Virus record (IMG/VR): IMGVR_UViG_3300030118_002829
Location: 1-64,000 of that record
Origin: an uncultured virus (IMG/VR IMGVR_UViG_3300030118_002829)
Lineage: Duplodnaviria; Heunggongvirae; Uroviricota; Caudoviricetes
Strand: one strand, 5' to 3'
Length of the DNA: 64,000 nucleotides
Made by a program: the position numbers and the translations under genes. Positions 1-8,618 of the stretch are shown here, one piece after another (within the stretch, counting starts at the first letter, position 1; the number at the start of each line of letters is the position of its first letter). Under the pieces are notes generated by a model. The model was not told the DNA's origin, did not search any database, and saw only the letters and a program-made list of their open reading frames with translations.

Positions 1-52
1 TGGGCTATGATAGACGGGCAACTTACTCCATTAGTCCCAAAGGAGGAATAGA

Positions 53-370
53 ATGAAATTAAACGATTATCAGAATGAAGCAAGAAAGACTGCAATATAT
101 CCTATTGATGATGGGCTTACCTATACTGCATTAGGATTATGCGGTGAAGCGGGAGAAGTCGCTGAAAAGATTAAGAAGTTTATCAGAGGAGATAATAGTA
201 TTTCTCTTAAAGAAGATTTACTATATGAGTTAGGAGATGTTCTATGGTATCTTTCTAATCTAGCATTTGAATGTGGTTATACTCTACAAGAAGTTGCAGA
301 AGTTAATCTGAATAAACTGGGAGCAAGAATGCTAAGTGATACTATCAAAGGTAATGGTGATAGAAGATGA
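53..370 (+). CDS. mazG: MazG-like nucleotide pyrophosphohydrolase
   Basis: LGLCGEAGEVAEKIKK and ELGDVLWY, the ExxE...ExxD metal motif of the all-alpha NTP-PPase family. Confidence 0.9.
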   Translation: MKLNDYQNEARKTAIYPIDDGLTYTALGLCGEAGEVAEKIKKFIRGDNSISLKEDLLYELGDVLWYLSNLAFECGYTLQEVAEVNLNKLGARMLSDTIKGNGDRR

Positions 371-1296
371 AAATAGTTTATGCACATACTGATTCTCTTT
401 ATGTTCCTGTTCCCTCTATTGAGAAGGCTTTAGAGGTTAGAGAGATATTGAATGAACACATTCAAGAAAATGTATTTCCTAACATCATGGGTTTAGAAAA
501 TCATCCTATGGATTTAGAGTTTGAAAAATATTATTCGGTTCTAGGAGTAGGAGCAACAAAGAATAGAAATGCAGGTTTTATTTCTTGGAAAGATGGTGTG
601 CATTTACATCAACCAGAATTTTTCGCTACTGGCTTTTCATTGAAAAGAATCGCTGAATCTAAGATAGCGAAAGATACTCAAAAAGAAGTTATAGAAATGT
701 GGGTTAAACAGAAGACAGAAGAAGAAATAACCAAAAGAGTTAGAGATATTTACACTGATGTTTTAGAAGGTAGAGTTGAAAAACTAGACCTAGTTAAAAG
801 AAGTAGATACAAAGATGAAAGAAGAAAACTAAAATGTAGATGTAAAAGAAAATACGATGTAGAATATGTCAGAAAGTTACTTCGTATTGTCCCCGATGCT
901 TTGTGTGAAAATGACAATTGTAATGCTAAACTAACTGACCTCACAACCTTAGAAGGTAAAAGACCTTCTTTTGGTGGAGGTTTCGCAGGGGTATTATATT
1001 ACAATGAACATGTAAAACCCCAAGATAAAATTGATGATTCATTTTATCATATGAAATGTAAATTCAATGGTTTGGTTCAGCCAAATACCTTCACCAACAT
1101 AAAAGGTGAAATGAAACCTGCGGGATATATCGCAGTAAAAAATCTAAATGAACTAGAAAACTATGAACCCGATTGGCCATCGTTAGCCGAGTCGGAAGTT
1201 CTGAAAAAGGCCAAGCCCATCTATGATGCAATGGGTTGGGACATTAACGATATAAGAAAAGATGGAAAACAAAGAGAATTGGATGAGTGGTTTTGA
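367..1296 (+). CDS. polB: Family B DNA polymerase, C-terminal half (split PolB)
   Basis: Starts at motif C (IVYAHTDSLYV, cf. YGDTDS); LEFEK motif; Cys-rich insert; C-terminal PIP box QRELDEWF; no exonuclease domain or motifs A/B. Confidence 0.88.
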   Translation: MKIVYAHTDSLYVPVPSIEKALEVREILNEHIQENVFPNIMGLENHPMDLEFEKYYSVLGVGATKNRNAGFISWKDGVHLHQPEFFATGFSLKRIAESKIAKDTQKEVIEMWVKQKTEEEITKRVRDIYTDVLEGRVEKLDLVKRSRYKDERRKLKCRCKRKYDVEYVRKLLRIVPDALCENDNCNAKLTDLTTLEGKRPSFGGGFAGVLYYNEHVKPQDKIDDSFYHMKCKFNGLVQPNTFTNIKGEMKPAGYIAVKNLNELENYEPDWPSLAESEVLKKAKPIYDAMGWDINDIRKDGKQRELDEWF

Positions 1297-2174
1297 TGAC
1301 AGAATATACATATCAATGGAATGCTGAATGGATGGATGACCCTACTATGCCTTTATTGAAGGTTACAAAATCTTCACTGAATACTTTTGAGTTTTGTAAA
1401 AAGCAATATGAGTTTCAGTATATCGAAGGTAGAAAGTCAGAACCAAATGCGGCAATGGCTAGAGGTTCAATTGTTCACAATGCTTACGAGGATTTCTATA
1501 ATGAGTTTGAGTTAAAGAAAGCAGAGGGATTAGATGAGAATCTTTTGTATGAATATTGTATTGGTCTTTTCCCAATAGATGATTATGGTGAAGTGTATCA
1601 GAAAATGTCAGCATTTGAAACGGAGAGATTCCTCAAATCAAAATCAGCAAACACTTTGCCTACATATCTACCTGTTGGTAATGAAATTAAATGCAATGCT
1701 CAACTAGAGATTAGCAGTTATGTAGCCGCAGTAACGGCTTCGGGCAAACCTGCAAAGAGAGGCTTCCATCTTCAAAGAGATTATACTGTTCATATTCAAG
1801 GTATTATAGATAGAGTATTCCAAGAAGGAGAAGGTTACATACCCGTTGAATTGAAGACGGGAGTTTGGAAAGATAGGAAAGAATCGCATATGAGAAATGA
1901 AATGGCTTTCTACAAAGTATTGATGGATGCTGACCCCGATGTTACTATGAATCCTATTACTCATTGGGCGTGGTATTACCCCGATTCTAATTACTTCCAA
2001 TTGGAACCAGTTAGGGCATCCAATGAGAATAATATCCCAAAGAGGATTGCTAAACTCATTAAAGCATATGAGGACAACAGATTCCCTGCTTCGTATTTTC
2101 CTAATAAATGTCAGCATTGTTCATTTATAGGACTGTGCGATTCGGCTCAACAAGCGGAGTTATGGGATTGGTAA
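1287..2174 (+). CDS. Cas4-like PD-(D/E)XK exonuclease with 4-Cys Fe-S cluster
   Basis: N-terminal FC..Q and RGSIVH; GIIDR...VELKTG nuclease motif; C-terminal CQHCSFIGLC. Confidence 0.85.
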   Translation: MVLMTEYTYQWNAEWMDDPTMPLLKVTKSSLNTFEFCKKQYEFQYIEGRKSEPNAAMARGSIVHNAYEDFYNEFELKKAEGLDENLLYEYCIGLFPIDDYGEVYQKMSAFETERFLKSKSANTLPTYLPVGNEIKCNAQLEISSYVAAVTASGKPAKRGFHLQRDYTVHIQGIIDRVFQEGEGYIPVELKTGVWKDRKESHMRNEMAFYKVLMDADPDVTMNPITHWAWYYPDSNYFQLEPVRASNENNIPKRIAKLIKAYEDNRFPASYFPNKCQHCSFIGLCDSAQQAELWDW

Positions 2175-2176
2175 TT

Positions 2177-2413
2177 ATGAAAGATAGAGCGCAAAAAATT
2201 TGGTTATTAACAGTGGATGCTCTAACGATTATTGTATTGTTAGTTTGGAATGTCAGTATTATAGTAGTGTTGGGAGTGGCTTTGATTCCCGCACTAATAT
2301 GGAGATTCCTATTTGGAACCAAGAGAGAGATTACTAGATACACAAAGGAGGGATTGAAAATTGAAGGACAAGATACAAGCGAAGATAAACAAGAAGAATT
2401 GGAAGTTTCATGA
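2177..2413 (+). CDS. Small membrane protein
   Basis: ATG at 2177 just after the Cas4 stop; long hydrophobic stretch; 53-nt overlap with the next ORF lowers confidence. Confidence 0.5.
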   Translation: MKDRAQKIWLLTVDALTIIVLLVWNVSIIVVLGVALIPALIWRFLFGTKREITRYTKEGLKIEGQDTSEDKQEELEVS

Positions 2414-2876
2414 GTTATTGAAATTGAAAGATGTTGCAAAAAGCGTAGCAGACGAACTTTATCATGAGTTAAACTTGAAAGACCAACTTGAACTTGTATG
2501 GGAAGTCCAATTAGATAAGACAACTACATTCGGTTCTTTGTTTAAATCATTAGTAACCGAGAAACTAGAAGAACAAGTAATGATTGCCTTTCAAGATAAA
2601 TTTGAATCAGCAACAGTAAACTTTAGTGATGAAATATCTGATACCCCTTTAGTTCCAGTGGAGAAACCCGCATCATTAGCGGATAAGTATGGTTCTCTAC
2701 AAACAGATGTGAAAGAGGCGGCATTAGGTAAAGATTTAATGGAAGATTTAGTAAAAGGAAAAGATGTAGATATGCAAATCAAAAACAAATCACCATCATT
2801 AAAAGAAAAAGATGGTCAGGTGCAAACAAGACTAGGTAATGTGAAAGTAAAGAGAGTTGGTGGGAATGGTCTTTGA
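2361..2876 (+). CDS. Hypothetical protein
   Basis: 171-aa ORF, TTG start preceded by AGGAGGG SD. Confidence 0.7.
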   Translation: MKDKIQAKINKKNWKFHELLKLKDVAKSVADELYHELNLKDQLELVWEVQLDKTTTFGSLFKSLVTEKLEEQVMIAFQDKFESATVNFSDEISDTPLVPVEKPASLADKYGSLQTDVKEAALGKDLMEDLVKGKDVDMQIKNKSPSLKEKDGQVQTRLGNVKVKRVGGNGL

Positions 2877-3021
2877 TGAAATGTTAGAAGGACAAAAGAA
2901 ATTAACAGAAACAATGGAGGAGATTCATGCTACTCTAAAGTTTAGTAATAGAATAATTATGATGGTTAATGTCGTTAATATTCTTACCATTATCGTAGTC
3001 GGTTTGGTGTTATTCCAATGA
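2866..3021 (+). CDS. Small coiled-coil protein with C-terminal TM helix (not in ORF track)
   Basis: Read by hand: MVFDEMLEGQKKLTETMEEIHATLKFSNRIIMMVNVVNILTIIVVGLVLFQ; stop overlaps primase ATG (ATGA). Confidence 0.7.
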   Translation: MVFDEMLEGQKKLTETMEEIHATLKFSNRIIMMVNVVNILTIIVVGLVLFQ

Positions 3022-4127
3022 AGTTTCCTAGAGAAGTATGGCCAAGTGCTAACAAACAAACTAATACTTTTGCTAGTAAGAGAAAGTTGGTTCATAGTCA
3101 AGATGAGTTTAACAAATGGGTTAAGACTCATAATGGAAAGATGAATTGTTATACCTCAGTTTATGATTATGCTCAATACACTAACAAACAAGCCGTAACA
3201 GATACGGTTATTCTAGATAGAGTATTTCTTGACTTTGATGCACATCATGGTGAAGTGGATAATAGGACAGGAGCGCAAATAATTAGTGAATCTCAGATTC
3301 AATTATGCTTGGATGATTTGCTACAAGTTTCAGATTATTTAGAGAGACACGACTATCTGTATGATATTTCATTTTCGGGGAGAGGTTTTCATGTCTATGT
3401 ATATGGAACAACCATACCTGTTAGAGACATTCGTAGATTGACTGCTTTCTTTAATCAGATGAAAGCCCTTACTTCTAATGGGACTCTAGATAGTTCAGCG
3501 ATTTCTCCTAGAAGACTAAGGCGTATTCGTAATACTATGAATATGAAAGCGTCTTATGGAGATGGATGTTATTATTCAGTGCCTCTTACTAGAGAAGATA
3601 TTACTAGTAAATCAGTGAGTGAAATACTCACTTATTCTAAATACCCTAACCCGATGGGGAGTATTATGCATGGTTCGGTTCTTGTTGATTGGCCCGAAGT
3701 GCCACAAGTAGAAGAATCAGAAATTGAAGCAGAAGTTATCAATGCAGGTAACTTACCACTTCCCCCATGTATGTATAGTTCTATCATGGTTGAAAATCCA
3801 ACAGATGAAGCAAGAGCATATCTTGTTAGTTGGTATAAGGACCTATTACTATGGTCAGATTTTAATGTCGGCTTTACCGATACACAAGTTACTCCAAACA
3901 TGTCTACAAGATTGAATATGATTAATCAAATTACTGCTGAGATAAAACATTTACATGAAACTCATAACATATGGTTAGATTTTGATGAAGCAATAACAAA
4001 ATATAGGGTTGGTTTTGTAGTGAATGGAAATTATAACTTCCCCAACTGTGATAAACTAATTGCTAATGGTTATTGCGTTGGGACATGTTGGAGACTAAAA
4101 GATTACACAAAGGAGATGAAAAGATGA
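3018..4127 (+). CDS. Archaeo-eukaryotic primase, PriS-PriL fusion
   Basis: FLDFD and SGRGFH catalytic motifs; C-terminal PPCM...CDKLIANGYCVGTC, PriL-like Fe-S cysteines. Confidence 0.88.
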   Translation: MKFPREVWPSANKQTNTFASKRKLVHSQDEFNKWVKTHNGKMNCYTSVYDYAQYTNKQAVTDTVILDRVFLDFDAHHGEVDNRTGAQIISESQIQLCLDDLLQVSDYLERHDYLYDISFSGRGFHVYVYGTTIPVRDIRRLTAFFNQMKALTSNGTLDSSAISPRRLRRIRNTMNMKASYGDGCYYSVPLTREDITSKSVSEILTYSKYPNPMGSIMHGSVLVDWPEVPQVEESEIEAEVINAGNLPLPPCMYSSIMVENPTDEARAYLVSWYKDLLLWSDFNVGFTDTQVTPNMSTRLNMINQITAEIKHLHETHNIWLDFDEAITKYRVGFVVNGNYNFPNCDKLIANGYCVGTCWRLKDYTKEMKR

Positions 4128-4210
4128 AACAAACTACACTGTTTGAATTTGGATTAAGAATAGAAGGACAAACTACATTAGAAGATTTTGGATTAGTATT
4201 TGAGGAATAG
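4124..4210 (+). CDS. 28-aa micro-protein with two PIP boxes (not in ORF track)
   Basis: MKQTTLFEFGLRIEGQTTLEDFGLVFEE; AGGAGATG SD-like sequence upstream; ATGA overlap with primase stop; stop lies 2 nt before the next ATG. Confidence 0.7.
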   Translation: MKQTTLFEFGLRIEGQTTLEDFGLVFEE

Positions 4211-4212
4211 AC

Positions 4213-4908
4213 ATGAAGTTAATTATTGATAGTAGAGAAACTTCGGGTCTTACCAAAGAAGTAGAATCAAAAGCCGCTAAACTTAATTTGATTACCGAAA
4301 AGAAGTGGCTAGAGGTAGGAGATTATGTATTTGGAGATGTATGCTTTGAAGCAAAATCCACACATGATTTCTTATCATCTGTTATCAGTAAGAGACTTTG
4401 GACTCAATTAGACAACATGGATAGATGTTACAAGACTAATGTAGTAATTATTTACGGGACATTGAGAGATGCATTAAGTTATACTAGTTATTCTGCTAAG
4501 TATAACAACATGCCAAGACAAAGAAAGATGCAATTACTTACAAACAAATTCTATGGGGCAATAGGAAGAATTATTCTTGATTCTGATATTAAACCAATAT
4601 GGGTAATAGATGAATATGCGGCCTCGTCTATTATTTGTAGCGTTGCTAAAATGCAACCAGTAGAAAGGTCGCCAATTAAACCTCATCTGTTTAAGAGATT
4701 TACATCAGATGATATTAGAATAAACATGTTAGCATCAATAAAAGGTGTTAGCGAAAAGAAAGCAAAAATGTTGCTCAAGAAATATGGCTCTCTTATGGAG
4801 ATAGGAGATTGCGATAAAAGAGAGTTATGCTCTCTAGATGGTATTGGAGATACCACTGCTGATAGGATATTATCGGCTTTTAACTCAAATAAGGAGGTTA
4901 GACAATGA
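4213..4908 (+). CDS. ERCC4/XPF-family structure-specific nuclease with HhH motifs
   Basis: IIDSRE, LEVGDY, FEAKS nuclease motifs; IKGVSEKKA and LDGIGDTTA HhH motifs. Confidence 0.88.
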   Translation: MKLIIDSRETSGLTKEVESKAAKLNLITEKKWLEVGDYVFGDVCFEAKSTHDFLSSVISKRLWTQLDNMDRCYKTNVVIIYGTLRDALSYTSYSAKYNNMPRQRKMQLLTNKFYGAIGRIILDSDIKPIWVIDEYAASSIICSVAKMQPVERSPIKPHLFKRFTSDDIRINMLASIKGVSEKKAKMLLKKYGSLMEIGDCDKRELCSLDGIGDTTADRILSAFNSNKEVRQ

Positions 4909-6482
4909 ATGAATATGGATATGATGATGAAACTTTAGATGCTGAACAACAACAAGTTAGAGAAATAGATTTACCTGCGGTAGTTAGGAATTGGGAAAAG
5001 ACTGCAATTAGTTATTCAAGGCACAATAATATTCCTTCAATCATAGGATTCTATTCGATTTTAGGAGATTTGGTAAAGAGGTTCATTGAGATACCTTATG
5101 GTCAAACTACTACTGATACTCGCATTCATTATGTTTGGATTCAAACTGCTAGGTCGGGTAAGACTACATTGGTTATGTATGTCCTTACTCCCGTTGCTAA
5201 GAAAATCTTTGAGGAGTTAGAGAATGACCCCTATGTTGAATCAGCAGTTTTGAACCTTGCAGATTATACTACTGCGTCTTTAGTTGGCGACCATATCTTT
5301 AATGAAAATTTCAAGGAAGATGCAGGAGATATTCTTGAAAAAGAACTGAGAGCGATTGAAGGCGACCCAATGAACGGCATTGCTCCAACTAGAAATTTCA
5401 ACAATGATGATGAAAGAATACAGGCAGTAAACGAGGCATACGAAACCTATGAAATGTCGAAAGAAAGATGGATTATTGATTATGGACCTCTACACGGAGA
5501 AGGCATTTGGTTTGCTGATGAGTTTGAAGGAAGTGGAGTTTTCAAAGATAAGGCTCACAAAGAGAATATGAATATTTTATTCCAAACACTGATGAACAAT
5601 TTCCACAGTGGAGCAAATCAATATCCTAAAGCATTGAAAGGTAAACCCACTATTCATTTAGATTCAAAGCATACTATGATTGCTCTTACATTTCCTCCCG
5701 AACATCTATTGAAGACAGTAGCAGACAAGGGTATTCTCCAAAGATTCTTACCATTTATTTGGGATGTTCCCGATGATATTCTAACTGCTATGAGAAAAGA
5801 AGTCATTGGAGGTTTTGGGACTAGAGTAGAAAGGAGAGGACCTCCGCTACATTTAGCAAAGGGATTATTAGAAATCTACAAGGCAACTAAGGCTCAATTT
5901 GAAGCCAATGGAAAAGACCCTTTCAATACTATTACCTATCATCCATCGGCTAAAGATGCGTTAGATATGGCTCACGATTCTATCTTGAAATACATTAATG
6001 ATGTTCATCCTAAAATTCGTAATGTGGTTCGTTTGTTTGAAATGAATCTATTAGAATACATAGGTAAGTTAGCAGTTTTGAATACTTTGGCTATGGCTAA
6101 AAATATTACAGATGTAAATAAGAGGTTCGTGGTCTATCCACAAAATGTTAGACAGGGGGCATATATTGTTAGAAAGTGTTATGTTACTTTGGTTGAGTGG
6201 TTAGAAAATGCTATCAAGGCAGATAGAAGAACTATTATTACAAAAAGCAACTGGAAAGAGTTCCAACATGCTTATCAAGTGGCAACTGATAGGGCTAAAC
6301 CACAGGAAGTATTAGAAGGGGGTTTTGTTTGGAAAAAGTTAGTCTTGAATGAAGCGGCTAAAATTATCGGACAATCACCAAAGACAATCAATGATAAATT
6401 CAACAAGTTAAGTGAAATGTTTGAGGAAAAGAAAGTAGGAGTTAAACCTTATATCAGACCGAAAAAACAACAGGAGGAATAG
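4905..6482 (+). CDS. MCM-like AAA+ replicative helicase
   Basis: Walker A TARSGKT, Walker B FADEFE, arginine-finger GILQRF, C-terminal wHTH-like region. Confidence 0.72.
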   Translation: MNEYGYDDETLDAEQQQVREIDLPAVVRNWEKTAISYSRHNNIPSIIGFYSILGDLVKRFIEIPYGQTTTDTRIHYVWIQTARSGKTTLVMYVLTPVAKKIFEELENDPYVESAVLNLADYTTASLVGDHIFNENFKEDAGDILEKELRAIEGDPMNGIAPTRNFNNDDERIQAVNEAYETYEMSKERWIIDYGPLHGEGIWFADEFEGSGVFKDKAHKENMNILFQTLMNNFHSGANQYPKALKGKPTIHLDSKHTMIALTFPPEHLLKTVADKGILQRFLPFIWDVPDDILTAMRKEVIGGFGTRVERRGPPLHLAKGLLEIYKATKAQFEANGKDPFNTITYHPSAKDALDMAHDSILKYINDVHPKIRNVVRLFEMNLLEYIGKLAVLNTLAMAKNITDVNKRFVVYPQNVRQGAYIVRKCYVTLVEWLENAIKADRRTIITKSNWKEFQHAYQVATDRAKPQEVLEGGFVWKKLVLNEAAKIIGQSPKTINDKFNKLSEMFEEKKVGVKPYIRPKKQQEE

Positions 6483-6486
6483 AGAA

Positions 6487-6720
6487 ATGAAAGCAACATG
6501 GGAAAATAAGTATGTGGTTTTTGATGTTAATGATGGGCCTAAAACTATGATTGACGCACTGAACCTAGAGGGAGCAGAAGGATGGGAAGTAGCATCAATT
6601 GTTAGCGTAGCAGGTAACAAATTGTGTGCTTTCCTAAAGAGAGGTGACTACATTGTAGAGCCTTCCCCCGAACAGGAAAAGAGAGATGAAGTGCTGAAAT
6701 TGTGGGGCGGAAAAGAATGA
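6487..6720 (+). CDS. DUF4177-like small protein
   Basis: WENKY...LNLEGAEGWEVASI...FLKR pattern. Confidence 0.7.
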   Translation: MKATWENKYVVFDVNDGPKTMIDALNLEGAEGWEVASIVSVAGNKLCAFLKRGDYIVEPSPEQEKRDEVLKLWGGKE

Positions 6721-7316
6721 ATAATGTCCTAGCAATTGACCTAGAAACCAAAAATCTCTCCACAGACATAGGAGGGTGGGGTAATACCCATATGTTTCTT
6801 GTATCCACAGTAACTACTTGGAATGGAGATACTGGGACTGTCTATGTAGATGAACCAGTTTCGGATAACTTTTCTAAATCTGGAATACAGACTAAACCGA
6901 TTAGAGAATTAAAATTCGACTTAGATGAACATTTTAAGAAAGGCGGTGTTCTATTAGGACATAACATTGTAGCCTTTGATTTACCAGTCTTAAGGGATGC
7001 ACTCGACATTTACTGTATTCGTAAATACATGAGTAACAAACAATATATTGATACAAGTCAATACTTTGTAACGAATCATGGTGAAAGATATTCGCTAAAC
7101 AATCTAGTAGACCATACTTTAGGAAAACAAAAGACCCTAGATAGTATGGATGCTCCTAGACTTTGGAAAGCAGGTGAATACGATATAGTAGTAGATTATT
7201 GTTTGAAGGATTCACAATTAGTTTATGACTTGTGGAAACACGGTCAAAAGGAAGGAGTGGTAAAGGCATTCAATATTAACGAAGAAAAAGAAATAACAAT
7301 GGAGGTGGAATGGTAA
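6717..7316 (+). CDS. DEDD/DnaQ-like 3'-5' exonuclease (RNase H-like fold)
   Basis: AIDLET (ExoI), GHNIVAFD (ExoII), YCLKD (ExoIII); ATG at 6717 overlaps upstream stop. Confidence 0.85.
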   Translation: MNNVLAIDLETKNLSTDIGGWGNTHMFLVSTVTTWNGDTGTVYVDEPVSDNFSKSGIQTKPIRELKFDLDEHFKKGGVLLGHNIVAFDLPVLRDALDIYCIRKYMSNKQYIDTSQYFVTNHGERYSLNNLVDHTLGKQKTLDSMDAPRLWKAGEYDIVVDYCLKDSQLVYDLWKHGQKEGVVKAFNINEEKEITMEVEW

Positions 7317-7474
7317 TGCAAACTGGTGAAGTATTCGGTTGGCTACTATTCTTTATTTTTATTAGCGTTCTTTTCTTTGCGGCTTTTGGAGGAGCATCTG
7401 TAACAGAGGACACTGTTGAAGAATATATCCAAAATCTAATGCAAGAAGAAGCGGCTAATAAGGGTAGAAGATAA
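7316..7474 (+). CDS. Small single-TM protein (not in ORF track)
   Basis: MQTGEVFGWLLFFIFISVLFFAAFGG...; GGAGGTG SD; TAATG coupling. Confidence 0.7.
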   Translation: MQTGEVFGWLLFFIFISVLFFAAFGGASVTEDTVEEYIQNLMQEEAANKGRR

Positions 7475-7605
7475 TGGCATTAAAATATAGATGTAAAGAA
7501 TGTTCTAAGTATATCGTGCCTAGACGCATTAAAGGACACTATATTGGCGATAACGAAGTTATCAAAATATGGGAATGTCCTGCATGTTTAGCCCTTTGGA
7601 GATAG
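7474..7605 (+). CDS. Small zinc-ribbon protein (not in ORF track)
   Basis: MALKYRCKEC...WECPACLALWR, two CxxC motifs; TAATG coupling. Confidence 0.72.
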   Translation: MALKYRCKECSKYIVPRRIKGHYIGDNEVIKIWECPACLALWR

Positions 7606-7640
7606 AAAAAAATAAGTAGTTTACTTTCTACACTTTTACT

Positions 7641-7844
7641 ATGGTCAGCATAGTAGGCATAACAGTAGTCAGTGGCATTATTATTCTAGTAGGACTAGGA
7701 TGGTATGTAGAGAGACAATTATCAAAATCATTTGATATAGAAATATTTGAAGATGAAGCGGAATTGATTAATATGTTCAAGGACGGATTAAGAAATTCCT
7801 GTTGGGAAGATTCAATCTACAAAGAAGATAATGCTTCACGATAA
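7641..7844 (+). CDS. Small membrane protein
   Basis: N-terminal TM helix and acidic tail. Confidence 0.6.
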   Translation: MVSIVGITVVSGIIILVGLGWYVERQLSKSFDIEIFEDEAELINMFKDGLRNSCWEDSIYKEDNASR

Positions 7845-8194
7845 TCGTTTGGACTAAAATATCCAATAAAGGTATCTGAGTCATCTACTACCATTACCGA
7901 AGAAGGTTTCTTAGAGCGCATCTCTAATGAAATACTCTTTACATTATTTGTTGGACTCACAGAAATGAAATTAGAATCTAAATGATTACGACATATTTCA
8001 TTTCTACAATCAAGAGATTTAGAAAGTGCCAATAGAATATGGCTATCGGTTAGGATTCCTAGTGGGCTTCCATTTTCCAACACCACTAGGACTCCTCTCC
8101 CTAATTCTAGTATTTCTTTTGCCGCTACATCTAGAGTAGTATCGGGCGATATTGTTTTATGTTCATCATTGATTTGTAAATCAGATACCTGCAT
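7817..8194 (-). CDS. Stand-alone CBS-pair protein
   Basis: TISPDTTL...LVVLENGSPLGILTD and SVSPT...VVDDSDTFIGYFS, two CBS repeats. Confidence 0.85.
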   Translation of the reverse strand: MQVSDLQINDEHKTISPDTTLDVAAKEILELGRGVLVVLENGSPLGILTDSHILLALSKSLDCRNEICRNHLDSNFISVSPTNNVKSISLEMRSKKPSSVMVVDDSDTFIGYFSPNDYREALSSL

Positions 8195-8302
8195 AGATAA
8201 TCGTAGAGGTTTTCATTTATTTAGGTTGCTAGAAATTTGAGATTTGAAAAAAATTGAGCCAAGGGTTCTAACTTATTTCATTCAAGCGTGAAAAATGTGA
8301 AA

Positions 8303-8380
8303 ATGGGAGGGCGAAATCTCGCCTATCCCATAAAATTTTTTTTAAAAATTAAAGTGGGTGAGATTATTCTCGCCTATTTT
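8303..8380 (+). other. Two related stem-loops in AT-rich intergenic region
   Basis: ATGGGAGGGCGA/TCGCCTATCCCAT (8303-8331) and AAAGTGGGTGAGA/TCTCGCCTATTTT (8351-8380, 13 bp with 3 G-U pairs on + strand). Confidence 0.5.
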
Positions 8381-8445
8381 ATCTTCATTTAAATATTATT
8401 AACGCACTACTGAAACATATTTCGCCACTGATTTGAGATTAATTT

Positions 8446-8610
8446 CTAAAAAACCTTAATCCCAAGGTGTTCGGCCACTTTTTTCAACCAAGTATAGATA
8501 ATTGGCAACCACGCTATAATCATAGTTAATGCGATTACTGATAAACAAGCCAATGCGAGAGAATCTACTATTGAATGTGAAGATGAAATAATAACTTCGC
8601 TTTCATTCAT
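8446..8610 (-). CDS. Small single-TM protein at end of late operon (not in ORF track)
   Basis: MNESEVIISSSHSIVDSLALACLSVIALTMIIAWLPIIYTWLKKVAEHLGIKVF. Confidence 0.6.
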   Translation of the reverse strand: MNESEVIISSSHSIVDSLALACLSVIALTMIIAWLPIIYTWLKKVAEHLGIKVF

Positions 8611-8618
8611 AGGTATCA

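Noticed and set aside
367..420. Split intein at the PolB break
   Set aside because: MKIVYAHTDS is the polymerase motif itself; no C-terminal intein HN/C-S-T signature
1287..2174. CRISPR-Cas system suggested by the Cas4-like gene
   Set aside because: No other cas genes and no repeat-spacer array seen; solo Cas4-like nucleases are common in archaeal viruses
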